Shown piece after piece: positions 23,680 through 36,069 of a stretch of 64,000 nt of DNA. The position numbers and the translations under genes are program-made. Within the stretch, counting starts at the first letter, position 1, and every line of letters begins with the position of its first letter. Below the pieces are notes generated by a model. The model did not search any database, was not told where the DNA came from, and saw only the letters and a program-made list of their open reading frames with translations. This DNA comes from Chiloscyllium plagiosum (Eukaryota): positions 23,961,629 to 24,025,628 of the forward strand of contig NC_057719.1 of the NCBI RefSeq assembly GCF_004010195.1, in the 5' to 3' direction.

Positions 23680-24046
23680 GGAACGGCGAAGGATGATGGG
23701 TGACTTGATAGAGGTTTATAAGATGATCAGAGGAATAGATAGAGTAGACAGTCAGAAACTTTTTCCCCGGGTACAACAGAGTGTTACAAGGGGACATAAA
23801 TTTAAGGTGAAGGGTGGAAGGTATAGGGGAGATGTCAGGGGTGGGTTCTTTACCTAGAGAGTGGTGGGGGCATGGAATGCGCTGCCTGTGGGAGTGGTTG
23901 AGTCAGAATCATTGGCGAACTTTAAGTGGCAATTGGATAGGTACATGGATGGGTGCTTAAGCTAGGACAAATGTTCGGCACAACATCGTGGGCCGAAGGG
24001 CCTGTTCTGTGCTGTATTGTTCTATGTTCTATGTTCTATGTTCTAT
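23680..24046 (+). mobile_element. CR1 3' fragment with (TTCTATG)n tail
   Basis: GDLIEVYKMIRGIDRVD...; tail 24019-24045. Confidence 0.85.
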
Positions 24047-24639
24047 CAATAAGATAGACATTATAGTCAAACATTAAACCACAGATGCTGGAAATCTGAA
24101 AGCTGGAAATAGAATGCTGGAGAAACTCAGGCTTTAAAGAAGAGTTGGATAACAGTCAAATAACATGGTGCGTGTGTGTGTGTCATATGAAACAAGAGTA
24201 GTAAAGAATGTGGAAATCAGAAACAGAATGAACATTTTCTTGTTCCAAGAAGGCATGGAGGTTCTATGGAGAGGAGAGGCAATTATTGCAAACAACCTGC
24301 AGATAAAGAGCACGGGAAAGGGAAGGGAGGCGGCTGCTGTGAGTACAATGTTGTTCCATTCTTCCTGTATGATGGGAAATCCACAAAGAAACAAAATTAA
24401 TTGCCAAATACAGGAGACCCCAATTTATGAACGTCTGACCTACAAATTGTATTTACGAATGCGATCCCATACAGGTTGCAATTTTAAATATCAGACATGC
24501 GAACATTTATGAATAGCTGCTTGATAATGTCCTGCATTTGTTCTGAATTGCATACAAATTGACATACGAACAGATTCAGGAGTAGAACCTGTTTGCAATC
24601 AGGGACTAACTCTACAATTTTCAGCATTCAAAACGCTAA

Positions 24640-25200
24640 CTTTGAATTGAATTGAATTTATTGTCATGTTTACCGAGGCACAGTGAAAAGCTTTGTCTTG
24701 CGAACAATACAGACAGATCACAAAGTTAAGTCACATAGACAAGTAAATAATAGGTAAACAGCGGGAAAAACAAATACACAGGTACAGGGGAATATTAAGA
24801 GTTTGTGAGTCCTAGCAACAGTAGGGTAGAAACTGTTTCGAAACTGGCTGGTGTGTGTGTTCAGGCTTCTCTCTGATGGTAGAGGTTGGGGAAAAACATT
24901 GCCAGGGTGGGATGGATCTTTGAGAATGTTCGTGGCCTTTCCTTGACAGCAGGCCTGGTAAATGGTTCCTATGGATGGGAGGTTGGCCTTTGTGATTGTC
25001 CGGGCCGAGTTCACCACTCTCTGTAACCATCTCCAATCTTGAATGTTACAGTTGCCGTACCAGGTAGTGATACATCCAGACAGAATGCTCTCGATGGAGC
25101 ACCTATAAAAGTTGGCAAAGGTATTTGCCATCATACCAAATTTCCTCAGCTACCTGAGGAAGAAGAGATCTTGTTGGGCCTTTATAACGAGTGCATCCAC
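24640..25200 (-). mobile_element. Rex1/Babar LINE 3' fragment
   Basis: NFYRCSIESILSGCITTWYGNC...; (AATTC)n tail at ~24641-24660. Confidence 0.8.
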
Positions 25201-25339
25201 ATGGAGATTGTATCTCTCTTCACAGACATTATAGCTAATCCTAATGAAAAATTCTAGACTCTGACCTTTATGTCTCAGCATCTGATCAAACTATCATGCT
25301 GCATCTTTATTGACTTATTTAACATGCATGCACAGAAAC

Positions 25340-25464
25340 AATTCCTGATGAAGGTCTTTTGCCCGAAATGTCGATACACCTGCTCCTCGGATGCTTCCTG
25401 ACCTGCTGTGCTTTTCCAGCACCACTCTAAGCTTGACTCTGATCTCCAGCATCTGCAGTACCCA
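25340..25464 (+). mobile_element. Short PLE-derived element with hammerhead motif
   Basis: CTGATGA 25345-25351 ... GAAATGTC 25365-25372; body matches the terminus of the PLE at 26081-26180. Confidence 0.7.
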
Positions 25465-26080
25465 CAGAAACAATTATTATTATGTTGCAGTTGCATGCAA
25501 TTCTATCTCAGTGTTGCTGTTCAGTTTATTAAATTCGAGTAACATTAATTTTCCTCAAATTATTTAAAATTCATATATGAAGCACAGTACAGCTTATATT
25601 TGTTGGGGTTTAGAAAATGAAGAGGCAAATTGGAACATATAAATCCATATAAGACCACATAAGACAGGACTTAGCAGGGCAGATGTGGAGAAGATTTTCC
25701 CCTCATGGATCTAAAAGTGGAGGTCTCTTTAAAAATAAGAGAGCACCCATTTAAGAGAGAGAGGATGGTAACGTTTCTTTGGTACAGAGGTTTGCAGGTC
25801 TTTGGATATCTGACCCTGTAAAGGTGGGAAAAGCGCAGTCTTTAAATGTTTTTAATAATTAGATTCTTGTTAAGCCACTTAAAAGGTTATCAGGCATGAA
25901 ACAGTGATCACATTAATCATGGGCTAGAACTCACTCCAGGATCTGATGAGGAAGATGATTGAAGCTGGCACTTCAGTTTACTTCTGTCTGAAAGGTCACT
26001 GGACTCGAAATGTTTTCTCTCCACAGATGCTGTGCTTCTTTGACAATTTTTTGTTTTTACTTTCAGTTTACCATGTTAAT

Positions 26081-27355
26081 TGAGTTAAAAGGTGTGGCAC
26101 TTGAATAGCACAGCAGGTTAGTCAGCATCCGAGGAGCTGGAGAGATGCCTTTTCAGGCAGAAGCTCTTCATCAGGAATGTGCGGTGGAAGGAGGCTGACA
26201 GATAAATAGGAGGGGGATGAGGGTGGGGGGAAGGTAACTGGGAATGCAATAGGTAGATGCAGATAGCGGATGATGGTGAAAGTTTGGAGAGGAGGGTGAA
26301 GTGGATAGATAGAAAGGAAAAGGGACAGGTAAGACAGTTCAAGAGGGTGATGCCGAGTTGGAGGGTTGGATCTGGGATAAGGTGAGGGAAGGGGAGATGA
26401 GGAAATGGGTGAAGCCGACATTGATCCTGTGTGGTTGGAGGGTCCCAAGGCGGAAGATGAAGTGTTCTTCCTCCAGTGGCTTGGTGGCTTGGATTTGGCA
26501 GTGGAGGAGGCCCAGGACGTGCATGTCTTGGCGGAGGGGGACGGGGAGTTGAAGTGATCGGCCACAAGGCAGTGGGGTTGTTTGGTGGGTGTATCTGAAA
26601 GATGTTCCTGAAACGCTCCACAAGTTATGTCCTGTCTCTCAAATGTAGAGCAGACCTCATCAAGAGCAACGGACACAGTGGATGAGGCAGTTCGATATGC
26701 AGGAAAATCTCTGCCAAATCTGAAAATTTCCTTTGGGGCCTTGGATGGAGGTGAGGGGGAAGGCGTGGGCACAGGTTTTGCAGCAATAAGGGAAGGTGCC
26801 GGGAGGGGAGGGCGGTTTGGTGAGGGGAGTGAACTTATCAAGGGATTCGCGGAGGGAATGATCTCTGCGCAACGCAGATGGGGGGGGGAGGGAAATATAT
26901 CTCTGGTGGTGGGATATGATTGTAAGTGTCTGGAGATTGGTGGGATGGAAGGTGAGGACCAAGGAGGTTTTATCCTTGTTGCGATTGGATGGGTGGGAAT
27001 CAAGGATGGAGGTGCAGGAAATGGAGGAGATGTGCTGGAGGGCATTGTTGATCACGTGGGAGGGGAGATTGTGGTCCTTGAAATAGAAGCCATCTGGGAT
27101 GCCCTGGAATTGAATTGCTCCTTCTAGGAGCAGATATGGCGGAGATGGAGGAATGGGGAGATGTGGATAACATTTTTATGGGGGTGGGAGTTGTTGAGGG
27201 GAGGTGTAGTCCAGGTAGCTATTGGAGTTGGTGGGTTTGAAATAGGTGTCCATGTTGAGTTGGTCACCAGAGTTGGAGGCAGAGAGGTCCAGGAAGGGAA
27301 GGGAGCTATCCAAGATGGTCCAGGTGAACTTAAGATCAAGGTGGAAGGTGTTAAT
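26081..27355 (-). mobile_element. Penelope-like element (Neptune-type), 5'-truncated and frameshifted: RT C-terminus, Cys-rich linker, GIY-YIG endonuclease, pLTR
   Basis: Minus-strand fragments LVLTFHPTNL, PGTFPYCCKTC..FSCISNCLIHCVRCS and VLGLLHCQ..LEEEHFIFRLGTLQPHRIN; CTGATGA core at 26174-26168. Confidence 0.8.
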
Positions 27356-28125
27356 TGTGGTACAGTTGGTAGCAGTTTTGTCTCTGACTCACAAGGTTTA
27401 AAATTCAAGTTCCTATCAAGCCCAAAACTCAAGTGCTCCAGTGCAGCACTGAAGGAATGTTGGGCTGTTGGCAGTTTTGGTTGAGATGTTAAACAAAGGC
27501 TTCATCTGCACTCACTTGTGGACATAAATAATAACATGACAATGTTATGAAGATCAGAGGACTCTCCCCAGTGCCATTGCCAATATTTTTCCCTCGACCA
27601 ACATCACAGAATCAGGTTATTTCATCCTTATCACGTTGGTGTTGTTGGAGCTTACCACGTGCAAATTGACTACCACGTTCCCTACATTACAACACTGAGT
27701 ACCTTTTTTAGAAATGGACATCATTGGCTGTAAAACACTTTGACTTGTCCAGTGGTCGTGAGAAATTCAATATAAATGGAAGCTCTTTCATGGTATTGAG
27801 GCAATGCTTCATTGTTGGTCTTTCTGATGAAGTTTTAAATCACACACTTGCTTAGGTGCACATCAAATATCTCGTGCTACTATTCAATGAAGAACCAAGA
27901 ATTGCTTCTGTGTCATCGGTAATGTTTCTCTCTTAACCAGTGGAACACATGAACTGTCATTTATCTTCTTGCTATCTGTCAGGCCTTGCTGTGTGTATAT
28001 TGGCTGGCACATTTTCTTTGAAAGACAACAGTGGCTTCCAAAAGTAATTAATAGACCGTGAAATTAATTTGTGATGTCCTGAGGACATGAAGTGCGTTAT
28101 ATAAATATAAGTGAGTCTTTCTATT
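27356..28125 (+). mobile_element. Two tandem Deu-type (SacSINE1-like) SINE copies, old
   Basis: tRNA-like head, central gatgttaaac..gccaatatttt..ttcctacattacaaca segment, tails ending tataaatggaag / tataaatataag. Confidence 0.6.
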
Positions 28126-29817
28126 GTTAATAAGATTGTGCTGGTGGAACACAGAGAATTGCACGTATATTGCATCTGAACTCATCCATCAGAAACATTT
28201 TAAAGCCCCCAGAATGTATTACTCTGAAGCATAATGGATATGTGCCTAGTAATGGGCCTACTGGAGAACAGAAGGCTCAAAGAGTTTATATTTTTACTGA
28301 TCAGGTATTCCTGAGTAACACATGCATTAACATCATCAGGCGTGTTACACATACATTTCTTTTTATAAAACGGATGTGAATTTAACCTTCTAACCTAAAA
28401 TTAGTGTATATTTGTTTTAAAACATGTTTGCACAATCATCAGCAGAAATATCCACTCAAAAATCTCAACCGCAGTGTCACAGCCCGTACAACATATCAAC
28501 TGGTTAATCATTTCCAAGTGTTGCTTAAACGTTTCAATATTGTTAAGTTCTATTTAAGCTGCTATTATTTAACTGCATTAGTGAGACTAACAGTGCATTC
28601 ATATAACATATTTTTAACAAACTTGTTTTGCGACATCATTTGGAATGTGAATCGAGTAACAAGCCATAGAGATACTTTGTAGGGCAGTATGGTGAGACTA
28701 ACTCATCAGGAAGTCTAAAAGTATTTGAGTCTGGAGTCACATTAAGTCCAGATTCTGAATACTGCTGTCTTTAAATTATAATAGCATAATTAATATAAAA
28801 CAAACCATTCTACAATGGTAGCATAATTAGAAAGTAAAGACATGTTGAACAATTAATAACTTAAATTAATCATCTCTACTATTTTCCCTCTTTTCATATG
28901 ATGAATTTTCAGGTTGAATTACCTCACTTTCTTTGCTTTAAATACAAAGAGTTGGTTGAAAGGCCAGAGCTGATATACTGCAAAAAAAAAGGAGAAAGAG
29001 CATGCACATTAACAGTTACTGGATAAAACCATTAAACTGTAAGACTACAAGCCCACGAACAGCAATGGGCTATTTGGTTGCACCATTCAATGAGATCGGT
29101 GCTCCCCAATCGGAAACCTTGGATGAACTGAGAAATCCACTTCCTGCTGAAGACCAGACATGCAGCATTCAAATCAGATAACCCAGATCTATACAGAAAA
29201 CCCAGATACACAGTCATAGAGTCATAGAGATGTACAGCACGGAAACAGAACCTTCGGTCCAAATCGTCCATGCCGACCAGATATCCTAACTTAATCTAGT
29301 CCCATTTGCCAGCACTTGGCTCATATCCTTCTAAACCTTCCTACTCATGTACCCAACCAGATGCCTTTTAAATAATGCAATTGTACCAGCCTCCACCACT
29401 TCCTCTGGCAGCTCATTCCATACACACACCACCCTCTGCATGAAAAGGTTGCCTCTTAGGTCCTTTTATATCTTTCCCCTCTCACCTTAAACCAATGCCC
29501 TCTAGTTCTGGACTACCTCACCCCCGGGAAAAGACTTTGTCTATTTACCCTATCAATGCCACTCTTGATTTTATAAACCTCTATAAGGTCACCCCTCAGC
29601 TTTCAATGCTCCAGGGAAAACAGCCCCAGCCTATTCAGCCTCTCCCTCGAGCTCAAATCCTCCAACCCTGCCAACATCCTTGTAAATCTTTTCTGAACCC
29701 TTTCAAGTTTCATAATATCCTTCCAGTAGGAAGGAGACCAAAATTGCACGCAATATTCCAACAGTGGCCTAACCAACATACTGTACAGCTGCAACATGAC
29801 CTCCCAATTCATGTACT

Positions 29818-30018
29818 GAAAATGTGTTGCTGGAACAGTGCAGCAGGTCAGGCAGCATCCAGGGAACAGGTGAATTGACGTTTCGGGCATAAGCCCTTCT
29901 TCAGGAATCCCCTAAACGTCGATTCTCCTGTTCCCTGGATGCTGCCTGACCTGCTGCGCTGTTCCAGCAACACATTTTCAGCTCTGATCTCCAGCATCTG
30001 CAGTCCTCACTTTCTCCT
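29818..30018. mobile_element. PLE-derived hairpin element with hammerhead motif, inserted in CR1 ORF2
   Basis: ~65-bp inverted arms; minus-strand CTGAAGA-a-GGGC-ttat-GCCC-GAAACGTC (29904-29877); TSD cccaattcatgtact 29803-29817 / 30019-30033. Confidence 0.85.
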
Positions 30019-33000
30019 CCCAATTCATGTACTCAATACTCTGACCAATAAAAGAAAGCATACCAAATGCTTTCTTCACTATCCTATCTACCTACATTCA
30101 AGGAGCTATGAACCTGCACTCCAAGGTCTCTTTGTTCAGCAACACTCCCTAGGACCTTACCATTAAGAATCTAAGTCCTGCTAAGATTTGCATTCCCAAA
30201 ATGCAGCACCTCACATTTACCTAAATTAAACTCCAACTGCCACTTCTCAGCCCATTGGCCCATCTGATCAAGATCCTGTTGTAATCTGAGGTAACTGTCT
30301 TCGCTGTCCACTACACCTCCAATTTTGGTGTCATTTGCAAACTTACTAACTATACCTCCTATGTTCATATCTAAATCATTTATATAAATGATGAAAAGTA
30401 GTGGACCCAGCACCAATCATTGTGGCACTCCACTGGTCACAGGCCTCCAGTCTGAAAAACAACCCTCCACCATCACTCTCTGTCTTCCACCTTTGAGCCA
30501 GTTCTGTATCCAAATGGCTAATTCTTCCTGTATTCCATGAGATCTAACCTTGGGGGATGACATGGGGAACCTTGTCGAACGCCTTACTGAAGTCCATATA
30601 GATCACATCTATTGCTCTGTCCTCATCAATCTTCTTTATTACTTTTTCAAAAAACTTAATCAAGTTTGTGAGATATGATTTCCCACACACAAAGCCAAGT
30701 TGACTATCCCCAATCAGTTCCTTGCCTTTCCAAATAAATGTAAATCCTGTCCCTCAGGATTCCCTTCAACAACTTGCCCACCATCAATGTCAGGCTCACT
30801 GTTCTACAGTTCCCTAGCTTATCCTTGCCACCTTTCTTAAACAGTGGCACTACGTTAGCCAACTTCTGGTACCTCACCTGTGACCTTTGATGGTACAAAT
30901 ATCTCAGCAAGAGGCCTAGCAATCACTTACCTAGCTTCCCACAGAGTTCTAGGGCACACCTAATCAGATCCTGGGGATTTATCCACCTTTATGTGTTTCA
31001 AAACAAGCAGCACCTTCTCGTCTGTAATATAGGCATTTTTCAAGATGTCATCATCTATTTCCCCACATTCCATATCTTCCATGTCGTTCTCCATAGTATA
31101 CACTGATGCAAAATACTCATTTAGTATCTCCCCCATCTCCTGCGGCTCCACACAAAGTCTGCCTCGCTGATCTTTGAGGGGTCCTATGTGCTCCTTAGTT
31201 ACCCTTTCATCCTTGTTGTATTTGTACAAGTCCTTTGAAGTCTCCTTAACCCTATTTGCCAAAGCTATTTCATGTCCCTTTTTTGCCCTCCTGATTTCCC
31301 TCTTTAGTATACTCCTACTCTTTATACTCTTCTAAGGATTCACTCGATCTATCCTATTCATACCTGACATATGCTTCCTTCTTTTTCTTAACCAAACCCT
31401 CAATTTCTCCTAGTCATCCAGCATTCCCTATACCTACCAGACTTTCCTTTCACCTTGACAGGAATATACTGTCTCTGGACTCTCATTCTCTCACTTCTGA
31501 AGGCTTCCCATTTTCCAGCCATCCCTTTACCTGGAAACATCTGCACCTAATCAGTTTTCAAAAGTTCTTGCCTAATACCGTCAAAATTAGCCTTCCTCCA
31601 ATTTAGAAATTCAACTTTTAGATCTGGTCTATCCTTTTCCATCACTATTTTAAAACTAATAGAATTATTGTCACTGGCCCTGAAGTGCTCCCCCACTGAT
31701 ACCTCAGTCACCTGCCCTGTCTTATTTCCCCAAGAGTAGGTCAAGTTTTACATCTTCTGTAGTGGTACATCCCCATACTGACTCAGAAAATTTTCTTGTA
31801 CACTCTTAACAAATTGCCCTCCATCTAAACCCTTAACACTATGGCATCCCAGTCTTTGTTTGGAAGTTAAAATTCCCTACCATAACCCTATTATTCTTAC
31901 AGATAACTGAAATCTCCTTACAAATTTGTTTCTCAATTTCCTGTTGTCTGTTAGTGGTTCTACAATACAATCCCAGTAAGGTTGTATTGTAGAACCCTTT
32001 CTTATTTCTCAGTTCCACGCAAATAACTTCCCTGGATGTATTTCCAGGAATATCCTCCCTAAGTACAGCTAAGTAACGCTATCCCTTATCAAAAATGTCA
32101 CACCCCCTCCTCTTTTGTCTTCTTTTCTATCCTTCCTGTAGCATTTGTATCATGGCACATTAAGCTGCCTGTCCTGTCCATCCCTGAGCCATGTTTCTAT
32201 AATTGCTATGATATCCCAGTTCCCCTGTTCCGAATTATGCCCGGAATTCATCTGCATTCCTTGTTATGCCTCTTGCATTGAAATAAATGCAGTTTAATTG
32301 ATCAGCCCTACCTTGTTCTCTGCTTTGTCCCTGCTTGCCCTGACTGTTTGACTCGCTTCTTTTCTCAACTGTACCTGTCTCAGATTGATCTCTTTCCTCA
32401 CTATCTCCCTGGATCCCACCACCCCCCCCAATCTTATTAGTTTAAATCCTCCCAAGCAGCTTTAGCAAATCTCCCTGCCATTACAGTAGTCCCCTACCAA
32501 TTCAGGTGCAATCCGTCCTTGTTGTACAGGTCACTTCTACCCCAGAAGAGATTCCAATGATCCAAAAATGTGAATCCTTTTCTTATACACCAGCTCCTCA
32601 GCCATGCATTTATCTGCTCTATCTTCCTATTCCTATCCTCACTAGCTCGTAGTGATTAATCCAGATATTACTACCCTCAAGGACCTCCTTATTAAATTCC
32701 TGCCTGACTTTCCATATACTCCTTTCAGAAGCTCATCCTTTTCCCTTCTTATATCCTCAGTACCAATGTGTGCAATAACCCCCTGCTGGTCCCTCTCGAC
32801 CTTGAGAACTTTCTGCACTCTCTCTGAGACATCCTTGATCCTGGCACCAGGGAGGCAACACACCATTCTGATTTTTCACTGCTGGCCAGAGAGGCGTCTG
32901 ACTGTGCCCCTGACTAGAGAGTCCCCGAACACAATCGATCTCTTGGAATCCAACCTACCCCTCATTGCATTCGAACCAGTCTTGATACCAGAAACCTGGC

Positions 33001-33533
33001 TGTTCATGCTACATTTCCCTAAAAGTCCATCACCCCCTACATTTTCCAAAACAGCATACTTGTTTGAAATGGGGATGGCCATAGAAGACTCTTGTACTAC
33101 CCACCTACATCTCCTATCTTTCTTGGAGTTAACCCATCTATCTGACTGTATCAGCGGCTTTTCTCCCTTTCTATAACTGCAATCCATCACACCCCCTAGC
33201 TCGTGTAAATTCTTCATTGCCTCTAACTGTTGTTCCAACCAATCCATTTGATCTGCCAGGATTCATAACCAATGACATTTATTGCAGATATAATCTTCGG
33301 TAACTCTTAAACTCTCCCAAAACTTCCACATCCGACAAGGAGAGCGTATCACTCTACTAAAAGCCATTTTGCTCCTTCCAATCTACAGACCCAGAAAATG
33401 GCACTACCAACCACAGCTCCAGGCTAACTTAATATTTATGGCTTATATTTTAAAAATTTAATCAAGAAACAGATTTCAATAAAAACATAAAATCGAGAAA
33501 GAACCCACTCTACTCACTATTATAGATTTACAG

Positions 33534-33695
33534 AGGAGAAAGTGAGGGCTGCAGATGCTGGAGATCAGAGCTGAAAATGTGTTGCTGGAACAGCGCAGCA
33601 GGTCATGCAGCATCCAGGAAACGGGAGAATCGATGTTTCGGGCATAAGCCTGAAGAAGGGCTTATGCCCGAAACGTCGATTCTCCTGTTTCCTGC
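33534..33695. mobile_element. PLE-derived hairpin element with intact hammerhead core, inserted in CR1 5' region
   Basis: CTGAAGA 33650-33656 ... GAAACGTC 33670-33677; TSD attatagatttacag 33519-33533 / 33696-33710. Confidence 0.85.
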
Positions 33696-33749
33696 ATTAT
33701 AGATTTACAGCAAGGCTATACTTAAAACTATTTACTTATCTGTTTCTGT

Positions 33750-33917
33750 ATCAGAGCTGAAAATGTGTTGCTGGAACAGCGCAGCAGGTCAGGCAGCATC
33801 CAGGAAACGGGAGAATCGATGTTTCGGGCATAAGCCCGAAATGTCGATTCTCCTGTTTCCTGCATTATAGATTTACAGCAAGGCTATACTTAAAACTATT
33901 TACTTATCTGTTTCTGT
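33750..33917 (+). repeat. Tandem duplicate of ~33563-33749 (element plus flank) lacking the hammerhead core
   Basis: Near-identical copy including the 54-bp flank attatagatttacag...tgtttctgt. Confidence 0.85.
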
Positions 33918-34314
33918 GCTATGAACTCTCCCAAACAGGTTCCACCAAGATCAGTTGTGAATTTCACTGTTTGTTAAGTTTTTCTAGTCACATTCCATTG
34001 TCCGGCAATGCATGAATTCAAACTGCAAAGGCAGATTCAATGCTGTGTCAGTTAGCAGTGTGGGTTTCTTTCTCTTTCTCCCTTACAGACCATGTGCTTG
34101 CTGCCTTTGTCTTTCTTTCTCCCTTTTTAATTGCTGTTGTTTTGACTTTTCTTTTGTCCAAAGATCCAAAACAATGCAACAGCATAAGAAACAGTAATTG
34201 CAGCTCCTAGAATTTGAGGAAATCACCTCCAACACCTAAAATTCGCCAAAAAAGGAGCAGCATGTTGTGGCCAGAAATTTTTCCCGCCCTCTATCTTGGA
34301 TTACACAGAATCCT

Positions 34315-35930
34315 CTATCTCTGCAAAGCTATCAGAGACGCTATAAGGCAGCACCAGGCCAAGTTAGAGGCCCAAATCCACCATACAGTATCCTCTACCT
34401 GTGGCAAGGTGTAAACAACATAACAGGATACAAAATGGAGCAGAGCAAGATAGCGGACAAAACACATCCGTCCTTGATGCACTCAATACTTTCAATGTTC
34501 AATTTGAGCAGAATGCCAGCAGCGCAGTGTCGACAGCCCTGGATGCACCTGTTCCCTCCGTCACCACTGAAGACATCAGATCGTCTTCCTGAGAGACAAC
34601 CCAAGGAAAGTGATGGGCCCAGAAGGTGTCCCTGGCTGAACACTCAGATCCTGTGCGAACCTTCTGGTGGAGATGTTCACCGATATCTTCTTCAACCTTT
34701 CTGTCCTACAAGCTGAAGTCCCCACTTGCTTTAAGAATCAACCCATTACCTAAGAAAACACATGCAACATGCCATAATGACTACCACCCAGTGGCTTTGA
34801 CCTCCATAATCATGAAGTGCTTCAAGAGACTGGTCATGGCCCACATCAACTCTAGTCTCCCAGCCTTCCTTGATCCCCTACAATTTGCCTACTGACGCAA
34901 CAGGTCTACAACGAAGTCTATTTCGCTAGATCTGCACTCATCCCTGGAACATCTGGCCAACAAGGACACCTACATCAAACTCCTGCTCATGAACTACAGC
35001 TCCACTTTCAACACCATTGTCCTTTTCCAGACTGATCTCAAAACTCCGAGACCTAGGTCTGGGGTCCACCCTCTGCAACTGGATGTTCAGCTTCCTGACC
35101 TACAGACCGTAATCAGTGAAGATTAACAACTGCACCTCCTCCATGATAACCCTCAACACTGGAGCCTCCCAAGGATGTGTTCTCAGCCCCTTACTGTACT
35201 CCCTGTACACCCAGGACTGTGTTGCTAAATTCCAAATGAATGCTACCTACACGTTTGCTGATGACATCACTGTGGTAGGACAGAAATCAAACAACGAGGA
35301 ATCAGAATACAGAAAGAAGATAGAGGGCTTGGTGTCATGGTGCAATGATAATAACTTCTCTCTCTATATTGACAAAATGAAAGAACTGATCATTGACTTC
35401 AGAAAGAAAGGAGGAAAACATGCTCCATCTACATCAACGGAGCTGAGGTGGAGAGGGTCGGAAGTGTCAAAGTCCTTGGAGTGACGATAAACAACAAAAT
35501 ATCCTGGACTTCCCATGTAAATGTGATGGTCAAGAATGCACAACAACACCGCTTCTTCCTCAGGCCACTTAGGAAATTCAGCATGTCTACAAGGACTCTC
35601 ACTAACTTTTACAGAAGCACCATAGAAAGCATACTCTCTGCGTGCATAATGGCCTGGTACGACAACTGCTCTGCACAGGACTGTAAGAAATTACAGAAGG
35701 TTGGGTGCACAGTCCAGACCATCTCGAAAATCAATCTCCCATCCATGGACTCCATTTAATGTCTCATTGCTGCTGAAAGGCTGCTAGCATCATCAAAGAC
35801 ATCTCCCTCCCTGTAATGCTGTCCTACAACCTCTTCCATCAGGTAGAAGATACAGAAGCTTGAACACATGCACCAACAGATTGAAGAACAGCTTCTTCCC
35901 TGCCATTATCAGACTGATGAATGGACTGTC
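34315..35930 (+). mobile_element. Rex1/Babar LINE RT region, decayed
   Basis: [74 protein letters not shown]. Confidence 0.85.
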
Positions 35931-35933
35931 GAA

Positions 35934-36065
35934 CTTCTTCAGGAATCAGGCTTATGCCCGAAACGTCAGTTCTCCTGTTCCTTGAATGCTGCCTGACCTG
36001 CTGTGCTTTTCCAGCAACACATTTTCAGCTCTGATCTCCAGCATCTGCAGTCCTCACTTTCTTCT
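35934..36065 (+). mobile_element. PLE-derived short element (same family as 29818-30018)
   Basis: ggcttatgcccgaaacgtc...cagtcctcactttcttct, with a short inverted 5' piece. Confidence 0.8.
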
Positions 36066-36069
36066 TGTG

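Larger units (their letters stand above)
29211..34310 (-). mobile_element. Near full-length, inactivated CR1 LINE (5' UTR, ORF1 zinc finger/leucine zipper plus SGNH esterase, ORF2 APE-RT, tail)
   Basis: ORF1 ATG ~33367 with YICNKC, LEQQLEAM, SIVFGDSLVRG, VCCLPGARIKDV, AHIGTEDI; ORF2 SDNNSISF, KVDKSPG, GNCRTVSLT, KFANDTKIGG; (CTCTATGA)n tail at 29211-29229; many stops and frameshifts. Confidence 0.9.

Noticed and set aside
26122..27045. 307-aa Pro/Ser-rich ORF as a host gene
   Set aside because: It is an alternative frame of the C-rich strand of a frameshifted Penelope element; recognisable motifs lie in the other frames
29211..34310. Active autonomous CR1
   Set aside because: Multiple stops and frameshifts, catalytic FADD mutated to FAND, and nested insertions
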